Assembly: GCA_033442325.1 (NCBI GenBank)
Contig: JAWQFM010000004.1
Coordinates: 258,819-322,818 of the forward strand
DNA: 64,000 nucleotides
Origin: Salpingoeca rosetta
Lineage: Eukaryota > Protista > Choanoflagellata
Reading direction: 5' to 3'
The position numbers were made by a program, and so were the translations under genes. The notes under the pieces were generated by a model. That model was not told the origin of the DNA, made no database searches, and saw only the letters and a program-made list of their open reading frames with translations. Shown here in pieces: positions 13,122-34,549 of the stretch (position 1 is its first letter; each line of letters begins with the position of its first letter).

Positions 13122-13520
13122 CTGTCTGTGTGTGTGTGTGTGTGTGTCTGTGTGTGTGTGTGTGTGCGTGTGTTTGTGTGGAAAGCATGACTACTCACGT
13201 GCGCACGCCTGTGGTTGGGGGCAGGGCGTCGTTGCGGTAGAGGAGGTCGGAGATGGCCTGCTCGTAGACAGCTGGCGTGGCCAGACCTTCAAGCTGCAGC
13301 GTGCCGGTGAAGTCGTTGAAGGTGACAGTCAGCGACTGCTCGGAAAGCGTGGACAACGTCTGCGCGGGGGATGTTGGGAGCGATTGCGTTCGCGTGAGGG
13401 ACGAAAGGGGGAGGGCGTCAAGACAAACCATGGCTTGCAAGCGTGACCTTCGTCGTACGCCATGTCATTGGCAGAATGCATGTGTACAAGCACACGTACG
13501 CACGCGTGTACATGCGCAAG

Positions 13521-13551
<31 letters not shown>

Positions 13552-16372
13552 ACACACACACACACATGCAACTTCACGCACCTCATCCGAGCCATCGGGG
13601 CGTGGGGAGATGACAATGTTGGCGCTGGAGATGAGGCCAGCAACGTTGTTGATCATGACATCAGACGGTGCTGCGCGGATCAGCCCATCGACGCCAGCAA
13701 TGAACAGGCTCGTGTACACTGCATAAACCAAAGGCGCACCGTGTCAAATACGGGGGTCGCGTTTTTGTTTTTGTTGGGTGATGGTCGTTGTCCAAGTGTT
13801 GTGTGAGCGGGAGATGGACAACCAACACATGGACAGAGACAAAAAAAAAAAGACAAAAAAAGTGCGACGTGAAGAAAACAGGACAGCGCCAACAGCGCCA
13901 GCACTGCAGAGACGCGGCCATGCTGACACAGCCAGACGCAACAGATCCAAATGCACCCATGGCTCGGTCGCTGTGCTCTCGTTTGTTCGTACCTGGGCCG
14001 TTGCCGTTGGGGGGAATGACCAGCTGCGGCGCGGCAGTGGTGGTGCTTGTCGTCGTGGTGGTGGTGGTGGTGGTTGTCGTCGTAGTCGTGGTGGTAGTCG
14101 TCGTCGTGGTTGTCGTGGTTGTCTCACCAAGAGGCTCAACGTCCACAATAAGGCGGGGCCGCACACCGAGCACGCTCGGGTTCTCGCGGGACTCAAAGCT
14201 GCAAACGTTGCGCGCGCACACAAGTGATGAGGTGAGTGCATGTTGCAGTCGCTGAACAAAGACTTGGGCGGAAGGGTGGGGAGGCAGACAAACCAAAGCT
14301 TGTTCACAGCAGGTAGAGGTAGGCAATCCAGCGAGCGATAAATGGCAAGTCGTGTCATCGCACGCGCTATGTGCCCGTGTACTCCGCGCGGCAACAGAAA
14401 GACGAACAACACATGCGACGTCACAGCGTCAACACGACAACAAGAGACGCCAGTTTGCACGGCTTGCACGCACGGCTTACCGCTTCATGGAGGGAACAGT
14501 CTCGTCGTTGGCTTTGAGCAGGAAGCCAAGGTTTTCACCGCGGAAGCGAAGGTTGTTGATCTCAGCGGCAAAGTCCTCACCAGAGAACACAACAAAGCTG
14601 TCCGCGCCACCTGTTGGGACGGGCGTGTGCAGGTGGCATGCACGAGTGAGCGGGTGAGTGAGTGAGTGTGTGTGTGTGTGTTGAGTGTGATAGAAAGAGA
14701 AAACTCATCACGAAAGGAAAGACGTGGTATGAGTTGATATTTCAGTGTTACTCGCCCAACAACAACAAACAACAACAACAACAGCAACAGTAACAACGCG
14801 CACACACACATATCATGTGTACCGGCGGTAGCGGAGGCAACAGGCGGGCTGGAGAAATCGCCACCAGCGGCTGTCCACGTGGTGGAGGGGAAGGAGCTGT
14901 CTGTCCACGTGGCATCGTTGTCCGTGGGTGTAACACCGCTCGTCTCAGGCTAAGAAAAGGGGAAAGATGATGAGGGGAAGTGGCGTACAAATAGAAAGGA
15001 CAATGTGTGGTTAGTACGTGGGGCTCGAGCAGCAGCGCGCATATGTGTGGGAGTGTGTCTGTGCCAATGCGTGCGTGCGTGCGTGTATTTCAAGTATCAG
15101 CACCCTTCACCTCGTCACCTCTCTGTTGTGACGTACATCGGTGGGGTTGGAGGGGCCCTCGGTCCAGGCAGAGGTGAGAGAGTGGAGGTCAAAGACGGTG
15201 TCGCCCACTGGGGTGTCCGCGACGTGGAAGATGAGCTGGGCCGACGTGACGCGAACGTTGTCCGGCAGGGAGTTGAGCGCCAGCATGATGACGGCGCGAC
15301 GCATGTTGCCCTCGCCGTCTGTGCCTGCAATGAGGAACGAACCAGCACCGTTGGCGCCGCCTTCCTCGTACAGGGTGGCATCGGCTGAAGCGGCGAGCGT
15401 GTACTGATCACGGAAGGTTGTCGTGACACCGTTGGTCGTGGTGGTGGTGGTAGTTGTCGTCGTCGTCGTTGTTGTTGTTGTAGTGGTTGTGGTCGTCGTC
15501 GTCGTCGTTGTAGTCGTGCTCGTTGTTGTTGTCGTGGTCGAGGCGGTTGCGCCGGCTGCACAGGCATAAGAAGAACCAGCGACACCATGCGGCAGGTGGT
15601 GCATGCATGCAAGAGACACAGCAGCACGTGTGAGCAATTGCCAGATGAATGTGGTTGGCACATTGAACAGCGCCAACCAGAGAGGGGGAAGGCGTGCATT
15701 CAAGGGGAAGTATGTGTGTGTTTGTGTACGTGCGGTTTTGTGTCAGTGCATGTAAGAAAGTGTGTGCGCGCATGTGTGTGTGTGTGTGTGCGTGTGTGTC
15801 GTGTGTCGTGTGCACGGGTTTGGACAAAACGTGGTGGGCTGCAACGATAAACTCACCGCACACGTCACAGGGCTCGAAGAGGGTAAAGGGGTCTGTGGTG
15901 AAGCAGTAAGGGGACGATTCGCCGTCAGGGTTGCGGCAGAAGTTCTCCCTCAAATCAGCATCAGGAAAGCTGGCAACGCGTGGTGGCGGGGGAGCGGGCC
16001 GCTAAGGTGAACTCATTGCGTCAACGTGTTTGAAGAAGGGGGGGGATTCATCCAAGAGAGAAGCCACACACACACACCATCCACGAAACCGCACACACAC
16101 GCATGATGCATGCATGCACATGGAAGCAGCTCCACTCACTTCTCTGGGGTACGCGTGTGTCTGTGTGGTGACTGGGACGACCATGCTTGGCAGGTCTTTC
16201 CAGAGACGGTAACGGAGAGCTCGCCGCGGTAGTTTGAGCCATCACCGACAAGCTCGCCGTTCTCACACTGTGCGCCGTCGACGTTGATGATCTGTGCGCT
16301 GACAGGGGCGACGAGGAGCTGGCTGAGCGCCAGCAGCGCGGCGGCAAGGGCCAATGATTGCCTTGCACGCAT
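9598..16372 (-). CDS. Large secreted mucin-like mosaic protein: SP, Kringle, DNRLRE-like, cadherin/Ig-like, 3x FAS1, 2x furin-like Cys repeat, Golvesin/xanthan-lyase-CBM-like C-terminus, with poly-Thr linkers
   Basis: [18 protein letters not shown]. Kringle [31 protein letters not shown]-like [43 protein letters not shown]1 [10 protein letters not shown] (x2) and [10 protein letters not shown] with [41 protein letters not shown] (x2). C-terminal [32 protein letters not shown]. No TM seen. Confidence 0.85.
10413..10628. repeat. Exact tandem duplication of a 108-bp coding unit (…[21 protein letters not shown]…)
   Basis: 10413-10520 and 10521-10628 read identically. Confidence 0.9.
10652..11057 (-). 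repeat. Two copies of a ~58-aa furin-like Cys-rich module
   Basis: Copies at ~10652-10826 and ~10883-11057 encode an identical peptide. I counted 8 nucleotide differences by eye, all synonymous. Confidence 0.9.
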
Positions 16373-17814
16373 CCTCAATGGAAGGGCGAAAGGGAGAGCA
16401 AGAGCAAAGGAGGGGATAAACCAAGTGGGGAGGGTTGGAAGGACAGAGATCCGTCTGTTGACGCGCAACGGCAACCGCGGTACAAGCGTTGTTGTGGTGG
16501 TGCGTTGAAGTGAAAGGGTTTCGGATGAGTACAAGTGCTGTCGAGAGGGTGCTGGGCAAAGAAAGTGTGGACGTGTGCGCGTGTGTATGCGTGTGGAATG
16601 TGTGTGTATGCGTGTGTGTGTGTGTGTGTGTGCGTGGATGAAAGCACACACAAGGGATGGCAGCACACGAGCGGTGCTTGGCTGGTGATGCTGGAGCTGC
16701 TTGGTGGCTGATGGCACTCACGTATATCCGTGCGTGCGTGTGTGCTCGTGCGGATGATGGTGATGGGTGATGGGTGCGTGATATGAATGGATGAATGTGG
16801 CGTGTGAGCGCTTTGAAGCCGGCTTGTTTGTGTGGGCTGTGCTGTGGCGTGGTGTGGTGTGGCTGGAAAGGAGGTGGTGAGCGAGAGCGCACGCGAAACG
16901 GGTGGAAAGGTGGAAGAAAGGCAAAGCACTAACTCTCAAAGGTGAGCCAAGTAGCGGAACAGGGTGTGGGACGGGTGCGAAAATGAGGGCGTGCGTGCAC
17001 GCAAGACGGAAGAGGGTTGGTGTCGAGAAAGAGGGGAGAGGGAGTGAGGGGGAGAAAGAGAGGTAGGCAGGGAGGGAGAGTGCGTGTGGGTGTGTGGGTA
17101 TATGGGGGACGAGAACAAGCAACGGCCAGGCAGAGAGAGAGCGAATGACGACGGGCGAGGCACACGCCACCAAACAATGGATGGGTGGGGTGGAAGGGGA
17201 CAGAGAGTGAATGCACAAAGCAATCTGGGTGGGGTAGTGAAGTTTGGTGGATGTGTGTGGATGCGTGCGTGTGTGCGTGTGTTTGTGTGAAGGAGTGAAC
17301 AATGCTGTCGTTGTTGTGGCTGTTGCTGTGGTTGCTGCTCTTGGTCGTCAGCTCGCTTGCTCGCTGGTTGAGAATCACTGACGGATCGACAGCCGGGAGG
17401 TCCAACAACTGGCAACTTTCAACCAGCCAACCAGCCAGCCAGCCAGCAAGCTAACCAAACGAAGTGCAGGAGCATCGATCTCGCACGCTCTGGTCGCGTT
17501 ACCTGTGTTGAGGAGGGTAGGCCTGGGTGGCTGTAGCCACTGAGGGTGGTGGGTATCTGGTGGTAGTGGTGGTGGCGGTTGTGGTGATGGGAGGGCAGTC
17601 AAGCAAGCAACGCAAGCAAGTCAGGCCAGGTGAGTGAGTGTGTGCGTGCGTGTGCGTGTGTGTGTGCGTGTGTGGCAGTCAGTGTCCGTGCGTGCATGCG
17701 TGCATCAGAAAATGGTGGATGCGGGAGGGAGAGGGAGATGGTGGGTTGGTGTGCGAAGGTGTGGCTGCACACACAGACCGACAGAAAGGCAAGCGACCCA
17801 CCCTCGCCCAACAC

Positions 17815-17851
<37 letters not shown>

Positions 17852-18570
17852 GGCGAGCACGAAGCAGTAACCACGAGTCGTCACAGCAGCCAACACTCTC
17901 ACGAACGAACGATGCGCCAAGGCGAACCAACCGGGTGTGTGTGTGTGTGTGAGTTTGAGCGTGTGGCGTGTGAGTGAAGGCGAGAAGAAGAAGAAGGAAC
18001 ACCACGCTACGCAAACAGAGGGCGGCAATCAATGGAAAAGGCAGGCGGCAGCAGCGGCGTGCGTGCGTTGGTGCGTTGTGCTTTGTGTTTTGAGTTTTGC
18101 TGGGTGGGCTGGTCAGTGAATGCTTGCAAGCACCAATGCAAGCAAGAAAAAAAAATTAAAAAATAAATTGCATGCGATCACACCCAAACAACAAGCGGCA
18201 GTGGTGTTGCGATAGTTTGTGGGTCTGGAAGCGAATATTCTTGCAGGTGAGGCGCGTTTCTGCAGCTTTTGCTGGGGAGAGGCGACCGTTATCGCACAGC
18301 GCGTGTGTGGGAGGGGGGCATTGTTGTCTTGGCGTGGCTTTGTTGCGGAGTGGCGAATGACAGAGAAGTTTATGTGAAGACATTGAGAAAAGATGGGCAT
18401 CGAGGCACCGATGTGTTGACTGATGGCAAACAATCAGTGAAAGCTCCGTTTGCATGCAAGCAAGCAAACAAGCCACTGCACAGCGACAGCACAAAATGCG
18501 TACACAGTCAGATCGCTGACTCAGCAGGAGGTGGTGGAACAAAACAAACACAACAAAGTCGTGTCAGATC

Positions 18571-18619
<49 letters not shown>

Positions 18620-18623
<4 letters not shown>

Positions 18624-18800
18624 ACTGCAATCGTGGGAGCAATGAGCCAGGACGCTTACGTTGCCCGCATCTCACTGGTTGAAGCGAGACAGCACTGCAA
18701 TCAAACAAGGAAGAAGCAGAACACAAACAGCAAAGCACATCAACACGTGAGAGGTAGAGGTGAAGGCATGACACAGTCACAAAGTGCATGGCACACCATT

Positions 18801-18868
<68 letters not shown>

Positions 18869-21255
18869 GAGCGTGTGCAGCAGGCACGATAACACCACCC
18901 TGTTTCCCCTTTTCCCCGTCGTCCTCACCTCGATCCATGACGCGCCAAATCTCAGGCTTGGACTTGTACTCGGCCAGCTTCTCTGGATGGTCCACGCAGT
19001 CCTCAAACGCAGCCTTGATCTCCGGGTTCTGTGCAGTTGGGGGAACGTGTTGTGTGTGTATTGTGTGCGTGTGCGTATTGTGTGTGTGTGTGTTTGTGTG
19101 CGTATTGTGTGTGTGTGTGCGTATTGTGTGTGTGTGTGTTTGTGTGTGTATTGTGTGTATTAGTTTGAAGACGTCTGTCACCCCCTTGCACCCACATTCA
19201 GACACGTGTGCATACAGTAAAAGTTACGTGCAGGTGAAAATGCTATGCAAGCACATGCACAGGGCGCGCACGCCAACCAAACAACCAAACAAACAACCAA
19301 ACAACCAGCACACCTTCAAAGCCTCGAGCGTTTGGTCGTCGTTGAGCACCTCATTCACGGCCGGATCCTCCATGATGGTCTCCATCTGCCACATTGTGCA
19401 GAACAGAGGAAAAGCATGCGTTGATTGCATTGATTGCGTTGATTGTGTTGATTGCATTGATTGCGTTGATTGCGTTGATTGTGTTGATTGTGTTGATTGC
19501 GTTGAGTGTGAGGGGTTTGCGACAAAAAAAAAAAGGGTGCGAAACGTGCACCGGGCAGCACCAAGACTGTACAGCACCCACAGTGGAGGTGGTTGCGAGC
19601 CGAAGCATATGGCTCTGTTCAGCGGCAAGATCAAACTTGCAGCAAGGGCGTGTTGCGCTGTCACATCACCTTTTGCATGTTCGCCTTGACTTGCTTCCTG
19701 AGTGCGATACCTTCCTCACTGTCGTCGGGATTGATCTTGTCAGCTGCAGCAAGGTCCTTGTGGCTCTTCTCCCTGGACACCCCCCCCCCAACGCCAAACA
19801 ACACAAACAGACAAGCACCAGGCAGACAGTCAGGTGAATCGGTGCATCCATGCGGAAGCAATGTATCAACAACAACCTCAACAGCGGCACACCAAAACGT
19901 CGCAAACGATGCATGGAATTTAAGAAGCACTCTGTTGCGCCACACTCCGCTGACAACACACCAGCAGTCACTCCAAGATCCACAAACACACACACACTCA
20001 CACACCCACTCACTCACACACGTTCACACACACTCACACACTCACGCTCTCTCATTCTCACCAAAGAGCCAGCATGGCGTGTGCCTTGCCACGGCAGCGC
20101 AGGGCGTACAGGCTCTCCTTGTTGTGCTCGAGCGCGGCGTCGCAGTCGGCGATGGCGGCCGTGGGCATCTTCAGCGCAGTCAAGGCCATTCCGCGCATGG
20201 CAAGCATCCTGCACAACAGCAGCACGGTAGTGCCAGTGCAGTTTGGGAAGTGCAGCGAGAAGAGCAAGCATGTCAGTGAACAACAGTGCACAGTGTGAGC
20301 CTGTGAACAACACAGCGTGAGAGAGAACATGTCCGCAGATACCCTGATACAAACACAAACAAACGTTTCGACACCAACTGAAAAAAAAGGGGGGGGGGAT
20401 GCGTGGTGTTGTCGAGCGGCACGTAGCAGTACTCCACTACACGTGGTGTCGGAGTCATGGGCAATGTCAGACAGACGGATGTACAGCAACAACGGCGTTT
20501 GTGTGACAAGGCCACACCTGTGGCTGCTGCCGTCCAGGCCTACGGCCTTGTTCGCAAGCTCCAGCGCTTCGGTGGCCCTGTTCTCCCTCAACGCCGTCTT
20601 GATCTTTGGAACGAGCTCCTTGGCGTCCTCCTTCTCGCTCGGAGACGGCTAATCATAAGGAGTGTGCGTGTGTGTGTGTGTTGCAGTGAAGGTGGGGTGT
20701 GAAGATGCGGGATGGAGGGGTGATGAGGGTTCATTTGCGTGCTGCAAAACGCACAACCAAACAAACAATAATATAAACACAACACAAACAAAGCAAGGCA
20801 AGGCAAGGCAAGCAAGTTAACCCAACATAAGCACATGACTCGTGCACACACACACACACGTCATGTCACAACACTTCACACAACACGCCACATCTACCGT
20901 GTGCGCAGCGTACCGATGCGTTTGCCTTTGTGAGGTCCGAGGGAGTGCCTTCGGCGCCAATGACGCCTGTCATGTTCAACTCAGCGAAACCCCTGCAAGA
21001 ACGAGAAAGGAGGACGGTCACATCACAAACAAAAACAAAACGTGCAGTGAGCAGTGAAGCAAGGACACAGGCCAACAAAGAGCTCAAGGTCAGTCCTTCA
21101 GTCGATGCTTCTCTACGGCAGTCTATCAAACACAAGGCCCCAGGCATCCTCTCATCAGCACAGCACAGCACAGCACAGCACAGCACAGCACTCCAAGCAG
21201 CCCATAGGCATCGTGTGTGTCACATCCTCATCCACCCTCACAGCCGTAGGTACAT
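18620..21255 (-). CDS. Hsc70-interacting protein (HIP/ST13)-like TPR + STI1 co-chaperone; both ends approximate
   Basis: ELNMTGVI resembles HIP EIDxEGVI. TPRs EALELANKAVGL, MRGMALTALKMPTAAIADCDAALEHN and RCRGKAHAMLALWEKSHKDLAAA. STI1-like NPEIKAAFEDCVDHPEKLAEYKSKPEI. Confidence 0.8.
19420..19505. repeat. Intronic 9-bp minisatellite (GATTGYRTT)n
   Basis: Tandem gattgcgtt/gattgtgtt/gattgcatt units read directly. Confidence 0.9.
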
Positions 21256-21591
21256 TTTGTTGTTGCAGATCTTTGCTGCTGTTTTGGTTTGGTGCGGACA
21301 AAGGAAAAAATACGCCCCCCTCCACGTCTGCTCGTCTGGTGCGTGTGCGGGAAATGTCCTTCTCGCGTGAAGATATGGGTAAATTTTCGACGCCCGCATG
21401 GATGGGCCCGTACCACACAGTTGCGCGCACACGACACCAAGTTGTGCACCTGCTGCTCGCTCGCTTGTTGCTTGCTTGTTGTTGTTTGTTGTGCCTTTTT
21501 CCTCCTTCCTTCCTTCCCGCACCTTGTTTCTCGCTGCATATCCAACCCCTCAACAATCAACCCACAAGCACGCACGCACACGCACGCAAGG

Positions 21592-30353
<8,762 letters not shown>

Positions 30354-30582
30354 TGCAAGCACAAATTGCAACGCACAAACAAACTGGACGACGACGATGA
30401 CACCCTTTCTCTTCCCTTTTTCCCTGTTTTGCCCCTTGCATCGTTGACCTAACAAGAAGGGCCTGCACTTACACTGCTGCGTCCCCTCTGCACCCGTTTC
30501 CTACGTGCTGACGTGGTCCCACTTTCCCTCCAATCAAAGCAGTAGTACACCACAACCGCCAATGTGAACAAGACAAGTGGAT

Positions 30583-30635
<53 letters not shown>

Positions 30636-30846
30636 CGACACGCACACACACACACACACCACACAACACACACACACACACACACAGCAACACACCTCCT
30701 CCTCCACCACCACCCTCCTTCCTGCTGGCACGACTTTTTGTGGAAATGGTTCGAGAAAATTCTCAGCATTCGCCACTCTCGATTGCCCACAACGCTTCCA
30801 AGCAAGAAGCTACCAGCCACTGCGCACACCAACCAACCAACCAGCC

Positions 30847-33319
30847 ATGTTGGCGCGTGCTGCCTTTGCTGGTGGTGACGATTCTGATGATGATGGTGAG
30901 GATGTGCGGTCGCAGGGTGAGCTGGAGTGCGTCTCATGCGGCCATGTGAGCTCGGGGCAAGATGGAAGCGAGTTGGTTATGTATAAGCTAACAGGCGACA
31001 AGCTGTGCTCTGCTTGCTGGTGCTTCACCTGTGAACGCCCTCTGCGACGCTTTGGGCTCTCCCTGCCTCAACAAGCCAAGGACTCATGGGCGTCGACAGG
31101 CAAGACGCGCATCGCCATTTGCACCTGCACCAAGACGACACCGCGACAAGCAACCCCTGGGCCAAACGACCCTGCCACCCCTTCAAAGCAATCTGTGGCA
31201 ACAAGGGCTACACCGCCGCCGCCGCCGCCTCCATCAGAGCCACGATCTCCATCTCCTTCATCACAGGTGCAGACGTTTGGTCTTGATTCATGTTTGCTCC
31301 CTCCTAGTTTCAACATCAGCAGCCAACGTATCCCCCTCGTGCTTGCGTCACCCCTTTCAACACAGCACGGGAAGCATGTGACACTCGCCACAGACCACAA
31401 CACACACACACACACATTACGATCACAACACTCCCCCTTTCATACTCTCACCACGCATGCACTTAACCACCCTTTCCCTCCCCATACACACACACACACA
31501 CACATGAACTTGAAACCTCCCCCACCGCACACACACACACACATGAACACACACACACACATACACACATACACATGAACACACACCGCAGCCTTGGCAC
31601 CCGTCGCATGATGAGGTGCTGGAGGAAATCCGTGATTTGAAGTCGCTGTACAAGCAAGGGCTCGCAACGCCTTCTGCGCAGCCCGCACAGGAGCAGAGCG
31701 TACAGACATCGCCCGCGCACCAGCTTCAGCAGATGATGCTGCTGCACCAGGAGCACCAGCAGCGGCAGCAAGACGCAGCGAGGCAGCAGCAACTACACGA
31801 CAAGCAGCAGGCGCGGTTGGAGGAGAGCGCATCTGCGCTGCGCAAGGAGGTGGCGGCCCTGGAACTGCAAAAGGCGGCGGTGGTGACGGATATGGAGCGG
31901 CAGCGGTTTGAACTGCAGGTGGAACAGAAGCGACTCGAGCTCGAGGTGCAGCAGCTTAAGGCCCAGCAGGACATGCGCGCGGCCCAGGCGGAGGCCGCGG
32001 CACAGATGCGGCACAACGAGGTGGCGGCGGAGGTGGAGGCGACACAGCGGCAGCTGCGCTCGTACCAGCACGAGGTGGAGATGGTGGAGAAGCGATTGGA
32101 TGCGAGCAGGGCGCAGGCGGCGACGCTGGAGAAGGAGCATGCGGCACAGATGGCCAAGCTGAACGATGACATGAGCAGCGCACGCGCCGCGGCCGACCGC
32201 GAGAAGGAGGAGATTCGCCAGTGCCTGCAGGCAACGCTTGCAGAGGCGGAGGCGGCCAAGACACAGGCACAGGCGGACGTGGCGTTGCTGCAGCAGCAGA
32301 TTGACGACCTTCAAACAGCGCTGGAGATGCTGCAGGGGCAGGTGACACAGGAGCAGGAAGCAGCCGAAGCAGCCACACGTGCTCGAAGGACAGCGGAGGA
32401 GGACTGCGCGCGTGTGCAGGCGGAGCTGTCGAACCTCCAAGCCGAACTCGAGGGCATCAGGGGCGAAGTTGAGTTGGCCCAGGCAGCCGCGCTGCGGCGA
32501 GAGGAGGAAGAGGCGGCAACACAGGCGGCGATAACAGCACGCAGGGCGACGGAGGAGGAGGTGGCGAAGATGAAGGAGGAAGCAGAGCGCCTGCTGAAGG
32601 AAGCGGAACAGCGCAAGGCGGAGGAAGAGGCGCTGTTGGCGGAGGTGCGGGCGAAGCAGGAGGCCGAGGAGCGTCGGTTGGCGCAGCAGGCCGAGCAGAA
32701 GCAGGAGAGGCAGTTTGAGCGAAACAAGAAGAACCCACGCGTCAGACAGGTGCGCATATGTGTGTGTGTGTCTTGTTTGTTTGTTTGTTTGTTTGTTTGT
32801 TTGTTTGTTTGTTTGTTTGTTTGTTTGTCTGTTTGTTTGTTTGTTTGTTTGTGAGTGTGTGGGTGTGTGTTTGTTTGTGTGTTTGTTTGTGTGTTTGTTT
32901 GTTTGTTTGTGCGCGCGCAAGTGTGTGTGTGTGCATGTGTGTGTGTTTTGTCCTTTGTTTCTCACTCACTCTCCCTCCCATCCGTGCATCCATTTTCAAC
33001 ACTTTCCTTTCTCATCTGTGCCCATTGCTTCTGTGCCCTTCTCCACCCTCTCCCCCCTGCTCTCTTTTTTCTCTCCTCTCGCCCTGGTACTTGCCTCTCG
33101 CCTGTCAGGCCAACAAGACGATCGTGCTGCGCCGGCTGAGCAAGCGCGGTACGCAGCACTTTGGCTTCAGTGTCGTGGGCGGATATGACGTGGACGGGCT
33201 GCAGCCGCACGTGGCCACCATTGACGAGTTTGGGCCTGCTGCGGAATCAGATCTCCACGTCGGCGACTTTATCGTCTCCATTAACGGACAGGTTCGCGCA
33301 CGTGGGTGCACGTGTGTAG

Positions 33320-33401
<82 letters not shown>

Positions 33402-34513
33402 CATGATTGTCAACGAGCTTCCCTTCTGATGGACACACACACACACACACTCACATAGCACCAAACTCCAAAATCATCACTGTCACACACATACACACAC
33501 ACACATACATACATACACATACACACATACATACATACACGCACACACTCATGCTCACGCACACACACCGCACACAAAAATATCACACCACGCTTGCAGC
33601 GGTATGTCAAGTCGTCGCTGAAGAAGATTGAGCACGCGATTGCCGTTGCCGGACGGAGCGGCCGCCTGTCCCTCTCCGTGCACCGTGACTACTCGGGAAA
33701 GTTTGTGACCCACTCTGCCATTGCGCTCGGGGTGAGTCTCAACGCAGAGGGAGAGGAGCCCTCGAAACGGCCCCGATCGCCACGCAAGCTGTCGTCCACA
33801 CCGCGGCGCCAGAACAACAAGGTGGCAAACGTGGCAATGGCGGTGGCGCGCACCAAGGCGGCCGTGAACCGCGTCAAGAAGACCAAATCGTCATCGTCAT
33901 CATCGTCCCCCTCGAGCCCATCATCGTCATCAGCAGCAGCAACATCGACAATGTCAGCAGGGAGTGCCGGCCTGAGGAGCAAGAGCGCTTCGGCCACGCC
34001 AACGGGCGCCAGCAGGGGCAAGAGCAGGGTTGGCAAGACAAGCAAACCAGTAACGGGGCAGACACGGCGTGGCGATGGTGTCGCAGGTGGTGATGGTGCA
34101 ACCACGACAAGCGCGAGCACACCCTCTTCAACGCAGTCGACGCCTGCCAAGGTCGGGTTTGGGGTGCGGACACCAAGTACCACCTCTTCCTCGCCTGTCA
34201 CACCAACCACGTCCACCCCATCCACCCCTGGTGGGAACAGGTCCGGCGTGGTGACGATTGGCAGCACTTCGCGCCGGCCCATCTCTGGTGGTGGCGGCGC
34301 ACGTGTGCGGCAACCGAAGAGTCCCCACGCGTCGTCACCGCTTGCACGGCGCCAGGGACCGCCGCAATCCATGCCTGCGTCCCCGCTCTCATCCCCAGCA
34401 AAGGGATCCACAACGTACGTGTACTTGTGTGTGTGTGTGTGTGTGTTTGCGTATTGTGTGTGTGTGTGTGCATGTGTGTGCATGTGTGTATGTGTGTGCA
34501 TGTGTGTATGTGT

Positions 34514-34549
<36 letters not shown>

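Noticed and set aside
31726-32965. Long minus-strand ORFs opposite the coiled-coil exon (similar ones at 33689-34552, 39552-40931, 11357-12238)
   Set aside because: These are shadow ORFs of GC-rich coding sequence with no independent motifs.
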